In this document: one piece after another, positions 26,500-39,100 of the stretch
Position numbering within the stretch: position 1 is the first letter of the stretch
Layout of the letters: each line of letters begins with the position of its first letter
NCBI GenBank assembly: GCA_030704615.1
Contig: CM060731.1
Coordinates: forward strand, 4,836,001-4,900,000
DNA: 64,000 nt
Direction: 5' to 3'
Source: Takakia lepidozioides
Lineage: Eukaryota; Plantae; Bryophyta
Translations under genes and position numbers: made by a program
Notes under the pieces: model-generated
The model's input: only the letters and a program-made list of their open reading frames with translations
What the model was told of the DNA's origin: nothing
Databases searched by the model: none

Positions 26500-28500
26500 C
26501 CCCGAATGGAAATTCAGCACCCAATATCAACAGGGGCCGCACGGATGAAGTCGTCTGGGGCAGTGATGCCGGCACCTGTCCGACAGAGAACATCCCCCGG
26601 ACGGAAATTCAGCGCCGAATTTCCATTCAGATCCCCCCAAAGGAAGTCCTGTGGGGGGTCAGGCCGAAAACTGGCCGACATAAAAACCTACGCGGATGGA
26701 AAAACGGCGCCGAATTTCCATCCGAGGCCTTTCGGATGCGGTCGGCTCGGGGGAAAGGCCGCCATCTGGCCCTCACATTACAACCCCCGGACGGAAATTC
26801 GGCACCGAATATACAACAGGCGAAGCCCGGATGAAGTCGCCTCGGGCGTAGAGGCCGGCGCGTGCGCGACAGAGAACATCCCTGGATGGAGATTCGGCGC
26901 CGAATTTCCATCCGGGCCCCCCCAAAGGAAGTCGTGTCGGGGGGTCAGGCCGAAAACTGGCCGGCATAAAAACATCCCCAGATGGAAAACGGCGCCGAAT
27001 TTCCATCCGGGGCGGTTCGGATGCAGTCGGGGAGGGGGGAGAGGCGGCACCTGGCCGTCACATTTCAACCCCCGGACGGAAATTCGGCACCGAATATCCA
27101 ACAGGGGACGCCCGGATGAAGTCGCCTCGGGCGCAGAGGCCGGCGCGTGTGAAACAGAGAACATCCCAGGGATGGAGATTCGGCGCCGAATTTCCATCCG
27201 GCACCCCCCCAAAGGAAGTCGTGTCGGGGGGTCAGACCAAAACTGGCGACATAAAAACCTCCCTAGATGAAAAAACGGCGCCGAATTTCAATCCGGGGCC
27301 GTTCCAATGCAGTCGGGGAGGGGGGAGAGGCCGCACCTGCCGTCATATTTCAACCCCCGGACGGAAATTCGGCACCGAATATCCACACAGAGCGGCGGAG
27401 AGGCGGCACCTCTCCGACAGAGACCATCCCCCGATGGAAATTCGGCGCCGAATTTCCATCGGGGCCCCTCAAAGGAAGTCGTAAAATCCCCAGATGGAAA
27501 AACGGCGCCGAATTTCCATCCGGGGCGTTCCAATGCAGTCGGGAGGGGGGAGAGGCCAGCACCTGGCCGTCATATTTCAAACCCCGGACGGAAATTCGGC
27601 CACCAATCCAACAGAGCGGCGGAGAGGCGGCACCTCTCCGACAGAGACTATCCCCCGGATGGAAATTCGGCGCCGAATTTCCATCGGGGCCCCTTCAAAG
27701 AGAAGTCGCAGAAACCTCCCAGAATGGAAAAACGGCGCCGAATTTCCGTCCGCGGCTGTTCCGATTTGCCTCTAGCAGTGAAGGATTCCAAGAAAAATCC
27801 GAAAAATCAATCGGACGCTCAGAATTACCTGCAGGAGGTAATTCAGCGTTCGAAATTCCTGGCGAATGGAAATTCGGCGCGATATCCAACGCCAGCGATC
27901 CGACTTACCTGGCTGGATGAAATTCGGCGCCGGATTTCCATCCATCCGGGATTCGAATTACCTGCAGGATGGAAATTCGGCGCCGGATCTCCATCCATCC
28001 GCTCTCCGCCCACCTTGCGGATGGAAATCGGCGCCGGATTTCCATCCATCCGCCTCCGAATTACCTGCTGAGGGAAAATTTCGCGCGCCGCTCTACCTGC
28101 GCGGATGGAAATCCGGCGCCGGATTTCCATGTTCCGCTTCTAAATTACCTGCGTCAGGGAAATTTGGCGCGCCGCCCTACCTGCGCGGATGGAAATCCGG
28201 CGCCGGATGGATTTGATCCACTGGATTGTTATACAAGATGCTTTTCAGCAGCTGTAAGCTTTATCTTTGCGTGAAATAGCCACAAAAGAAAAATCTTGCT
28301 GTTGCCATCAGTAGCTTGTTTGAATTACCTGCGTGAGGGAAATTTCGCATTGCGCCCTACCTTGCAGGATGGAAATTCGGCGCTGAATTTCCATCCTGCT
28401 GCGCTCCGAATTACCTGCAGGATGGAAATCCGGCGCCGGATTTCCATCCTGCAGCGCTCCGAATTACCTCTACGTCGGAAATTCCGGGCCGAGTTCCGTC
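26500..28500. repeat. ~2-kb array of palindromic motifs (GATGGAAATTCGGCGCCGAATTTCCATC and variants) between divergent genes
   Basis: More than 20 motif copies. A perfect 36-bp palindrome lies at 27429-27464. Higher-order ~225-295-bp units occur in 26500-27750, and a GAATTACCTGC-linked variant in 27820-28500. Confidence 0.95.
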
Positions 28501-28807
28501 GATTTCATCCGACATGGAGGGCTTCATCCGACATTTAATTGCGCAGACATTTAATTGCGCATAAATGTCCACCGCCGTCGTTTTCATTCGGGCTGGCGAC
28601 ACATGGCTTCCTGGATACGTGCCCTAAATCTCATGCTAATCTTGGCTTAACATTATTCGAGGCATGTACCCCAAAAACGGAGATCTTTTTCCATTTTGGC
28701 TGGGACTTATGCCGCCTGAAGGGCGTGGCTCTCCTGAGAGAGACCTCACATCCAGACCGCGGCGGAAGTTGAAAGCTCTGTACTACGGACGACGGCCAAT
28801 CTCTCGC

Positions 28808-31800
28808 ATGGCCAAACTGAAGCTCCAGCAGGAGATTCCAGTGTCTTGCTCACAACCCGCGCCAACTGAAGCCGAGTACTCTCAGGCAAGCCACTTCTGC
28901 TTTCGCTTTGTTCGATTTCTTTTGCTTTCGCTTTGTTGCCTCGCTTTGTTTTTGCATCTTCATCCTGGCTTCGCTGGATGAGTGAACTTTAGATAGTTGA
29001 GTGAACCTTACATTGTTTGCAATGCGTGTGCAAATCCGGCAGCTGTGGAGAAGGCTGCTTGTGCATGTCATTCTCAGGCAATGGTTGCATTTGTTTTCAT
29101 TGTTGTTGCATGGCTCTCCATACTTCCTAAACTTGTTATGTTTTCATTTTTGTTACACGATTGTTGCTATGGTGGTTGCGCTGCTCGTTGCGATGCTGGT
29201 TTTTGCACCGATGTTGGTTTTCACGATTTTGGGAATGACAGAGTGACGACGAGCCCGGCACGCTGGTGGTATCATCGACAGCTCCAACTCATCGCATGTT
29301 TGAATCGCCCAACTTGGGGCGAGAGGGCAAACTTCAACCTTTTGTTGGTGGACGGGAGGACTTGCAACGAGAGTACGACAGAATAGGCATTGGGGAGGTT
29401 GGTGCAGGCCGGCATGGCAGGTGAAGGGCGTGAGGACATGAGGACAGCAGATCCGGCAATGGAGGTTGTTCACGCACATGCAGTAGGGCCCCCGCCACGC
29501 AAAGAAAAAGAAGAAAGCTAAGCACATGCAATCCCCGGCGAGAGAGAGCCGTCACGGGCTGCGGAGGGGGGAGTGAGCAGTGCACGCGAGGGTGTCAGTT
29601 CGCCTCAATCAAAGGTGGTCGTCCTGGAGGGCTCCCCTGCTGCTAGCCCTAGTAAGAAACAGAAAGCCCGTGAGAGGGCAAAAGAGAGGGCAAAAGAACA
29701 GACGAGACAGAATGCTAGCCAGGAGGAAAGAGAGAAAAGGCCACTGAAGAGGCCAGGGGTGCCCAAATGACAGATGCCAATGTAAGCGAGGGACAAACAG
29801 AGACGGTGGATCCCTCCAAGACACCACAGAGAGGCAGTAACACACCGGTTAGACCATCGCGGGCAAGAGCAGCCCCGCAATTACCCATACGGTGGAGAGT
29901 GGAGGAGAGGAAAGAACACCAGAAAGAGCACGGATTGTGCAAGTTCGAGGTGAAGCCAGGGAGAGGGCAGTAGCAAAGGGGAGAGTGGGGGAGGAGTGCT
30001 GGAGGTGGTTCGCAGGTGGCTGACCCTGTTGAGGAGGACGACAGGGAGCTTTCTGACCAGGATGACATCCTCCCGGACATCCCAGGCCCCAAACCCGGAG
30101 CATACAGGCGTGGATTTGGCGGTCCTGGTGGGCTGCCGAAAAACCCCTCTGCAGCAAACGTCATGTCTGAGGCGGATATGAAGTTGGCCGCTGCCAAGAT
30201 GTTGGAGGCAACCCACATCAACATTGGCCAGGGTGCTGGGGGGCAAGGTGTACCGGCCAGCTTCGAATGCCCCTTTGCCGCTTGGTGTCATTGCAGGTGG
30301 TTAGGACCTGCCCTCCCGCGATATCGACAACTGAATTCTCTTTCCGGATGGATATCGAATGGGGTTGCTGCCGCGTTTTACGTTTTCCATTGAGAACCGA
30401 CCATGAGCTTCCCGTGCCCACACTTCTTTTTCCGAGTAGTTGGACAAATGGGGGTCCCCCATTGGCAAACGCAAAATGAGGAGTTCGAGAGATGCGATTT
30501 GCTAGTGATTCTCTTTTCAGCACTTGGTCCGGTAAGATGTTCTCACGTGTGGGACGGCAATAATCGCCTCCTACATGGATGGAGCACATTGCCCAAGTCC
30601 CACCCCAACGACCTTGATTGGCATTTCGCCGTGATTGTGTTGTGCTGAAGTTTGCGGGGCCAAAGATCGCAGTTTCTCAAAGCTGTCAATGGCCGACATC
30701 AACTCGTAAGCTATATAAACCCTCTCCCTCTTGCTCTTTGGACTTTGAATTTGGAGTCCTTTTCATTGCGAATCCTCATATATGATGAAAATATCCGATT
30801 TCAGTATTGTTTGATGGAAATGTGGCACTGCAGGGTGACTGAGAATGCCTTCATTGCCACCAACTTGTCCCATATGCTCTTCCGGTGAAGGATGTCGGGA
30901 AGCGGGGGTGCAAGAGTTTGCCAATTCCTCAGTTGGCCAGACCTCTGCACAAGTCGGAGGCAAGGCAACAGAGACCTGGTATAGGCTGAGTGTCGACTCC
31001 ATGGTGGACTACATATTTCGTGGGTAAAGCTCCTACAGTTTTGTAGCTAATCGTCTAATCGTCTCTCTCCTCCCCCCAATTAAGGAAATTGTGTTGAGCA
31101 GGGATCTCTAATCTTATGTGCGCATTCTTGAGAGACGAAAATACAGCAGTGATTTGGCATCATGCGCGGAGGTTCTACATGGAGTCAGAGGAGAAGAATC
31201 CAACCCTCCCGGAACTCTCGCATCGTAATGTCAAAGCTGCGGAGGTGAGTGCCCGCATAAAGTACAAGTCGGCTGATGGTAAAGTACTGGCCATAGCTGA
31301 TCCCGCCCTTGGTGCCGACTTTCTGGTGGAGGTGGGGAAGCACTACTCTCGTAATCTCGACCTCTCGCTCCTAAGCCCACGATGACATTGGAGAAGCTCC
31401 ATCGTCTAGCCACATCCTGTGTGGATGCACAGAAAAGGTGATACATTCTTACCAAATTGTGGGGCAAACAATTTCCTTTTGTGGTGTTTGCGGCTTACGA
31501 ATATGCTGGTGGTTGGACAGACCCGGTGGCTCCAATCTGGAATGGTTCCCACAGTACCCAGGGGATGTGAAGCTTCCCCAACCGGACAAACTCTCTCGGA
31601 CCCCACATTCGACATGTGGATGAACCGCATGACATGGTGTTTTTCAGTACTATCCCCACGCTTCGTTTGGGGCTTCTCTACTCTAGTAGGGGGTGGATTC
31701 ATTGTATTTTGTCAGGAAAGCGATCTGATGGAGATGCCCACAGGTGACACGAGCGTAAGAGCAGCTGGACACACAACACATCAGTTCAAGATGGAGATAT

Positions 31801-34800
31801 CTCCTGCATCAGAGAGCGACTGACAGTATTTGACGAGGTACTTTCTGCTCTACAAAACCAACCTATCTTTCAGGAGATAGCAGATGCTCGCCTGAGCCCC
31901 GAGTTCACCGACCATCCAACGGACAAAACAGCAATGCGCCTTCTGTACATGTACATACGCGCTGCCTTTCTTTGAAGTCCTTGCATTTTAGGATGTTAGA
32001 AGCCTCATGTGGGTTTAGGGAAAATGGCGCCAAATTTCCAGTCAGGGCTCCGAAAATGGCTAAGTCCCTAGACTGGCTGGCCCTGAACTGGAAATTCGGC
32101 GCCATTTTCCAGTTCTAGGCCCTATTGCCGATCAGGGACTTGGCCATTTTCGGGCTAAGTCCCTAGACTGGCTGGCCCTGAACTGGAAATTCGGCGCCAT
32201 TTTCCATTCTAAGGCCCTATTGCCGTTCAGGGACTTAGCCATTTTCGGGCTTCCCTAGGTGGCTGGCCCCCGAGTGGAAATTCGGTGCCATTTTCCAGTT
32301 GTAGGCCCTATTTGCCGTTCAGGGACTTAGCCATTTTCGGGCTAAGTCCCCTAGACTGGCTGGCCCTGAACTGGAAATTCGGCGCCATTTTCCAATTCCA
32401 GGCCCTATTGGCCGTTCAGGGACTTAGCCATTTTGCGGGCTAAGTCCCTAGGGTGGCTGGCCCGGAACTGGAAATTCGGCGCCATTTTCCATTCTAGGCC
32501 CTATTGCCGTTCAGGGACTTGACCATTTTCAGGGCTAAGTCCCTAGGGTGGCTGGCCCTGAACTGGAAATTCGGCGCCATTTCCAGTTCTAGGCCCTATT
32601 GCCGTTCAGGGACTTAGCCATTTTCGGGCTAAGTCCCTAGGGTGGCTGGCCCTGAACTGGAATTCAACGCCATTTTTCCAGTTCTAGGCCCTATTGCGGT
32701 TCTCTGGGACTTAGCCATCTTCGGGCCAAACCGGGAAAAATGGCGTCGAATTTTCCAGTTCAGGGCTCCCAATCGCTATTCCCTAGGGTGGCAGTCACCG
32801 AAAACCCAAATTCGGCGCATTTTTTCCATTTCTAGGCCCACTCACATCCGCCCCAACCTGGGAAAATGGTGCCGAATATGCCTTTCAGGGACCTCATTGT
32901 GTTTTTCATGAATGCAGGTACTGCAAGTTCTCCCTTTTGGAGAAAGGTCATCTGTCTTTCGAGCCACCATTCTTCCTGGCATGGAGGAACCTTGGGGCTG
33001 ACTCCATGTACACTGACGATAATTGTGAAGGAGTTGGCATCTGGAACATTTGCGTGATTGCCCTTGGTATGTGGACCTTCCGCCCGGCTCGCTCGACCCC
33101 ATCCGAGTTTCAATTGAAGCTGGATGCTGAATTCCGACGAAACCGGGCTCCGCTGCCCCTCCGTTGGGTGCAAAAGAGGCAAAAGCTCTTGCGAACTCCA
33201 GGAAAGCGGCACATAGCTTGCTCAGGCAGGAATTTAGCAGAAATTGCATGAGAAGAGTAAGGCCAAAGGAAAAGGACAAGGAACAGGTGAGTGCAAGTAA
33301 CACCCCCAAAGAAGAAAACGATCGGGGCATCGGAGGAGGCGCAGGAGGGGACCCAAAGAGTGACTCACGACGACTTTGTTCAGGTCCGCGACTGCTGTTG
33401 CTCCTACCCAGTCACCGGTCCGTCCGGGTTCCCAAGTCAGTTCGGAGTGGGACTGCCTCTGCCAAGAATTGGCATTTGAGGGCGAGCCTACACGCCGGTA
33501 TCGGCGGTGACGTTTACGCACAGCCAAAGCTAGAACCTCTCCAACCATCATCCAATGCGTCAATGAGAGCTTCCTTGACGCTCTCGCTGCCAGGGCGAAG
33601 AAGGTGGCACACAGCAAGTCTCTGGCGGAGCAGAAGGGAAAAGCCAAGAAGAGGGCTGGCGGTACAGAGCTAAAGACACCCCTGGTTTTGAAGCCATGAT
33701 GGAATTCTTCACGGCTGTGAGCACGAATTGCAAGAGCACTCGGGGGGGGGGGTTGAGGTGGAGAGAGCTTGCGACATGATTCTCCTCGACATTCCAGATG
33801 GGGAGCTGCTGGAGGGCCTGGATGGTGTGCCCACCTGGAACAGGTTTACTGAGGACTACTGGAAGCCGGGTTTGGGCTGGCGGGGATGCTTCTGGATGAC
33901 GGTGGATGTGTGGTTGTCCTTTCCACGAGAGGGAAGACCACAGAGAATGCGGTGGCAAGGTGGACACCGAAAAGTGTCACCCCGGTCCTCCTCAAAAATG
34001 GTTCTGCATCAGTACACAGGGGTTGCGAACAGAGGGCCAAAGTGTAAGTTATCAATCTATTGCATTCACTTCATATTGTGGTGTATGTTAAGTAGACCTT
34101 GGAGTTGATCCCTTCTTTGTTGGATGTGCAGACATTGGTGTTTGAGGCATATTGCTTTGTGAAGAGAGGGTCTACGTTCAAATTCCGCAACGACGGTCGT
34201 CTTGTTGATGCCGCTGTGGACCTTGTAACCTACGATGTCCTCTACAACTATGTGCCCCACTCCAGTATGCCGAAGGACAAAGACAGGCAAACTGTGGCGG
34301 TACAGCCGGACCCGGAGCCCTGCTTTCATCCAAACCCTCATGGAGACGTGCTCGGATGTCCAAGGGCGGATTCTGGACCTCACATGCGGCACGGGTAAGC
34401 CTTCACGTGCTCAGTTTGTCCCCTGGCCTGATTGCAATTGCATGCCGCAAGCTATTACCCGCCCGCTTTGTTCCTTAGGTGCTTCAATGTGGGCAGGGAC
34501 GTTGTCCGACAGGCATGTGTTCGCCTTCGAGCCAGATACTGCCCTCCACAACTCGGAACTTGTAGCGGCTGAACGTCTGCCGAAAGAGGAAGAGGCATCC
34601 TCGGAGGATGAGGAAAAATCCGAGAAGGAGCAGGGGGAGGAAGTTGGGATCGAGGCCGAGGAGCCCCCGGTTTACGAGTGAGTGGTGGCATTGTAAGTTG
34701 CCTCCAGATTTCGTGAGGCACCTCCCTCCGCTCTCTTATTTCATTGAAAACCCTTTCTGGTTGTGCTGGTATTGACATTCTTGAAGTGGATTTGTTCTTA

Positions 34801-35267
34801 CTGTAGGATGCCAAGTACTGCCGGAGGGACGTCTACAACCGGAGTTCATGGGCAGGAGGAACGTGCCTTTTTTTGCCAGGGGGGATTTCATGCCTAGTCC
34901 AGAAAGGGAGTACATCCTTCCTACTTATGCTGCCCGGCTTGCTTCGGTGTCCATTAGGAGGTGTTCCGAACGTAGTCGTGTACAGCAGATTTTAGACGAG
35001 GCAAGCCTCAAGAAAATGAAGATGAGGGAGGAGGCAGCAACTATTAGAGCCCGTCGGGCTCGTAGATTTGTCTTGGATTCTGCTGAGGAAAGTGGGGGAG
35101 AAGATGTAGAAGATTCCCAGGAGGTGAGGTGGACAGTCCCCCAAGGAGAGGACGGGATTTTTGAGAGGCATAGTGGAACTGATGCATCACAGAGCTTGGA
35201 GGATGAGGGGGATGAGGGGGATGAGGAAGAAGGTGGGGCAAGTTCCTCGGAGGGTGTAGGAGAGTAG
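28808..35267 (+). pseudogene. Multi-exon gene: low-complexity N-terminus, ParB/Srx-like domain, C-terminal beta-class N4C/N6A DNA-methyltransferase-like domain (frameshifted; start uncertain)
   Basis: VWDGNNR at 30547-30567 (ParB-like GxxR). DMILLDIPDG (~33773-33802, motif IV position), LLDDGGCVVV (motif VI-like), EAYCFVK (motif VIII-like). After splicing GT-AG intron 34395-34478 it reads RSPAFIQTLMETCSDVQGRILDLTCGTGASMWAGTLSDRHVFAFEPD (motifs X-I-II). Confidence 0.75.
32020..32880. repeat. Intronic tandem array, ~7 x ~95 bp, two hairpins per unit
   Basis: Unit: GGGCTAAGTCCCTAG..GAACTGGAAATTCGGCGCCATTTTCCAGTTC..AGGGACTTAGCCATTTTC. It lies between a GT at ~31951 and AATGCAG at 32917. Confidence 0.93.
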
Positions 35268-36108
35268 TGCCCATTCCGGCTATGACAGTTAGAACACACT
35301 TGTATAGACATGGCTTGCCACAAAATTTGCAATAAAATGTTGCATTTCAAGTCCACTGGTGCCACATTCCAACTTCACATGACCCTATTTCCGTGCCTCC
35401 TAACCCTATTTCCGTGGACTCACAATGGTCTACTCATGTTTTTTTTTTTTCCGCTCATGCTCATGCCTGCAGGGCGGCAGCATTGTATTGCTGAATGTAC
35501 TGCACCCTGCTTGAGCCATTCACAGATGGGAGATTCTACAAGTGAGTCACACGGTGTTATATCTAGGGCATGAGAGGAACTGCCCATAAAATGCATCTGC
35601 GCAAAGAACCCATTCAACCAGCCAGAGCATCATCTACGCGGATTGCCAGATTCTTTTGGGGAAAAATGCAAACATGATAAGTAGGGACCAAGCTTAAAAG
35701 CACTCCACTGGTATTCAATGGTCCATAAACACGAGCCTGCCCAATATAAGACCCACTGGGGCAATTATGTAATGTAAACTGGAAGGCACATGCACTTTGT
35801 CATTGTTTCATTCTGTCAACAATGTACCCAAAGGCAGAATTGATGTGTAAATCTGTATGCCGTTCAAAAGTCTTTAGTGACATAAATGTCATGTCACGTT
35901 GCCAGACAGACACGCCATGTAAGTTGGACGACTCCAACACCCTGCAAAAAGGACACCCCCAAGGGCAACCCTTAGTGCCAGTCTTACAAAGCCCACATTA
36001 TTCATGAATCAACCGGGATTCCATATTGAATTTTGCCCAATACCACCCTTCATATACTTGAGATAGAGAAAGGCAGTTGGGGGGAATAGTCATACCTCAT
36101 TCCAGGTA

Positions 36109-39100
36109 CTAGTACACATCCACATCAACCAACTCCTCACCACTAGACTCTGAATCTCCATCGCAACTGTCCTCCGTGGGACATGGATGTGCTTCCTCAG
36201 ATCGCATGTCTCTATAAAGTGAAGCAACCTCTTCAGGTGTCACTTGGATGGTCTGGCCCACCCTGTAACCAGCAACATTGGTCTCTTCAACGTGATTGGG
36301 GGCTAAGAGGCCTGATACACTTGCAATATCATCGTTGCAAATGCTTACATCACAAACAGCCTTGCGTGACCTGGGGTTTTTTTCTAGCACCACGTTCCAT
36401 CTCGGTTCATTCAGAGAAAAAAACTTGCTCGACCTGTGATGGGAGCACAAAAGGCTGTTCAAGTGGAGGCAACAAGTGGGAGAAATTCACCAATGTGAAG
36501 CCAGAGTCATCCTGCTTCATTGACACAGGCTGAGAGCCCACATGTCGTGCACGGACCCATGAACATAATAGCACCGTGGTGTGTGTGGAGCCATAATCCA
36601 ATTCTAAAATCTCCTTTATGACACCCACATACCATGCGCTTTCCACCACCTGCTCACCTGAAATGCAAGTACAGTCATGCAAGGAAAACAGTAGAGACCC
36701 CTGAGTCATATGTCACAAAGGGGCTGTTGAGTCCATCTAAAGTAACCCTGAAGTGGTTTCCATAAGCCGACATGCTCTTGTATGATGTTGCGATTAATGA
36801 TGGGGGTTTGGACATGTCCAACAATTCCTTGCAGGCTGAATCAGTAGCATGGTTGGCAACACTTGACACATGATGGCGAACTGCCGTTACCAGCCATTCT
36901 GCAAAGTGAGGGAGAGCGCGGATCCTGTTTTGGTTAGCAACATTTTCAGTCTCCAACCTGGATTTCTCCACCTCGTAGGACCTGCCAACACACGCACAAC
37001 CACATCAATTTATCTAGTGCAACCCCTACAGCCGATGGAAGAACTACTGCACACACACCTATACAAAGCATACCCATGCATAGCAGGTGCCAGAAGTTGT
37101 GACATGCACTCACGTTTGCCACTTACCCCAACATAATGCTCAAATTGGGATGGTTGTGAATGACGTAGTCGTGGACAAGCTGCAACAATTCGAGGGTCAA
37201 CCTTCGTGGTCGACCAACTCCTTCCAACACCCAGCCCGACACTGATTCCTCCTCTCCTGCATCCCACACTCTCCGCCTAGTAGCATCAACAGAAGACAAG
37301 TACTATGTACAAAATCCCAATGCCTCGTCAAACACGTAGCCCTCCGCCATACTGCCCTCAGGCTTCGCCAAGTTTCGCACATACCCTTTAAAATCCTTCA
37401 TTGCTCTCTCCACCGGGTACATCCACCGAGAAGCTACAGGTCCACACAAATCCAGCTCATCCACCAAGTGGATAAGTAAATGTGTCATAACATCAAAAAA
37501 GGAGGGTGGGAACTCTTTCTCCAGAAGACAAAGAGTCACTGCCACCTCCTTCTTCAATTCCTCATGCTCGGTGGGATCAATGAATTTTGCACAAAGCTTG
37601 CGAAAGACACGAGACACTCTTAGTATGGCATTGCGAACCCCAGGCGCCATCAACCCACGTAGAGCAAGTGGGAGGATCTGTAGCAGGAGCACATGATAAT
37701 CATGTGACTTCAATTGGCTCAACTTTTGTTTGACCACATGCTTTTTGAAAGCAGAGGCATAGCCAGTGGGTACTTTCAGATTTGTGATAATCTCCAGGAA
37801 CACCCGCTGCTCTTGTTTTGTGAGCACATATGGCGCATCAGGCATTACCAATGTATCCACTCTAATGGGATGGCGTCGTAACCAAAGAGGCTTTCGAATG
37901 CCCTGCAATTCCAGATTGCGGCGAACTTTCATCGTGTCCTTTTCGCCAAAAAGAGTCTTGATTATGTTCTCCGTCACGTTCTTCTCGCAATGCATGGTAT
38001 CAAAAGTGTGGCGGATGAGAAGATGCTGCACCATGTGGTCTAACAAATTAGGTACATTGCAATGCAGTCATGAATGATGTAACAGCACAGGTTCAGTAAA
38101 CAAACAATCATGCACAATGAAAACCAATGCACTGTTATGTTCCCAAAACACAGGTGTGGTAATCGCACCTCCCAGTAAGGCAAGTCAAACAGAATGGACA
38201 GTCGTTTTACGCCATGGAGCTTGGAGGGATCGTTCTGTGCGCCTACAGTCCCACCATCATCAATCCATTGTTTGTAATGTCGTGCACGCTCCTTGATTTC
38301 GGTGGCTGTCACTGTATGTGGAGCAGGTCTCATGTCTCGCGCCCCATTAAAAAGTCTGGATCTTCTATACGCATGATTGTGGGGAAGATAACGTCGATGC
38401 CCCTGGAATATCAATTTCTTGCAAGCTGGGGAATATCTGGAATTGACTTGAGGTCCACATGCTGGACAAGCAATGTACCCTTGGTGAACTTGACCTGATA
38501 ACAAGCCATAGGCGGGAAGTCATGTATGGACCACATGAGGACTGCACGCATGGTAAATGCCCGCTCTCCTTCAATGGCTGCCACATCCACGGCTACAACT
38601 CCCACCCACAATGTTGCTAGCTCCTCCACAAGTGGTTGCAGGTAAACATCCACATTTTCACTTGTCACAGATTCCTTTCCAGGAATGAGGAGTGTTAACA
38701 TGACAAAAAAAATCTTCGTTACCAACCATGGAGGCAGATTATAATTGAGCACCATGATGGGCCAGGTGGACCAAGAAGCGGATTTTCTGCCATAAGGATT
38801 GACCCCATCCAGTGCCAATCCAAGATGCAAATTTCTTGGATCTGAAGCAAAATCCGGCCATGTGTTGTCAATATGGCACCAAGCCTTACTGTCTGCAGCA
38901 TGCCGGACCATGCCATCTGCACTTCTATGATTGTTGTGCCACTTCATGAGCTCTGCGAGCGTCTTAGCTCGGAACATCCATTTCAATCTAGGTATGAGAG
39001 GAAAGTGTCGCAGCACCTTCTTGGGCACCTTCCCACGGCCGTCCATGTATCGGGGACTGTGGCACTTGGGGCAATTTGCAGCCTTCTCGAGGTCTCCACA

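Larger units (their letters stand above)
21873..35465. mobile_element. Nested MULE-like element carrying a transposase plus a ParB-like/amino-methyltransferase gene (ends provisional)
   Basis: A 15-bp inverted repeat CATGAGCATGAGCGG (21873-21887) / CCGCTCATGCTCATG (35451-35465) brackets the two genes and all three motif arrays. No TSD was found, so the boundaries are uncertain. Confidence 0.6.

Noticed and set aside
26500-28500. CRISPR array or long ORFs in the palindrome region
   Set aside because: Spacers are themselves repeated, the context is eukaryotic and there are no cas genes; the ORFs are translations of GC-rich repeats.
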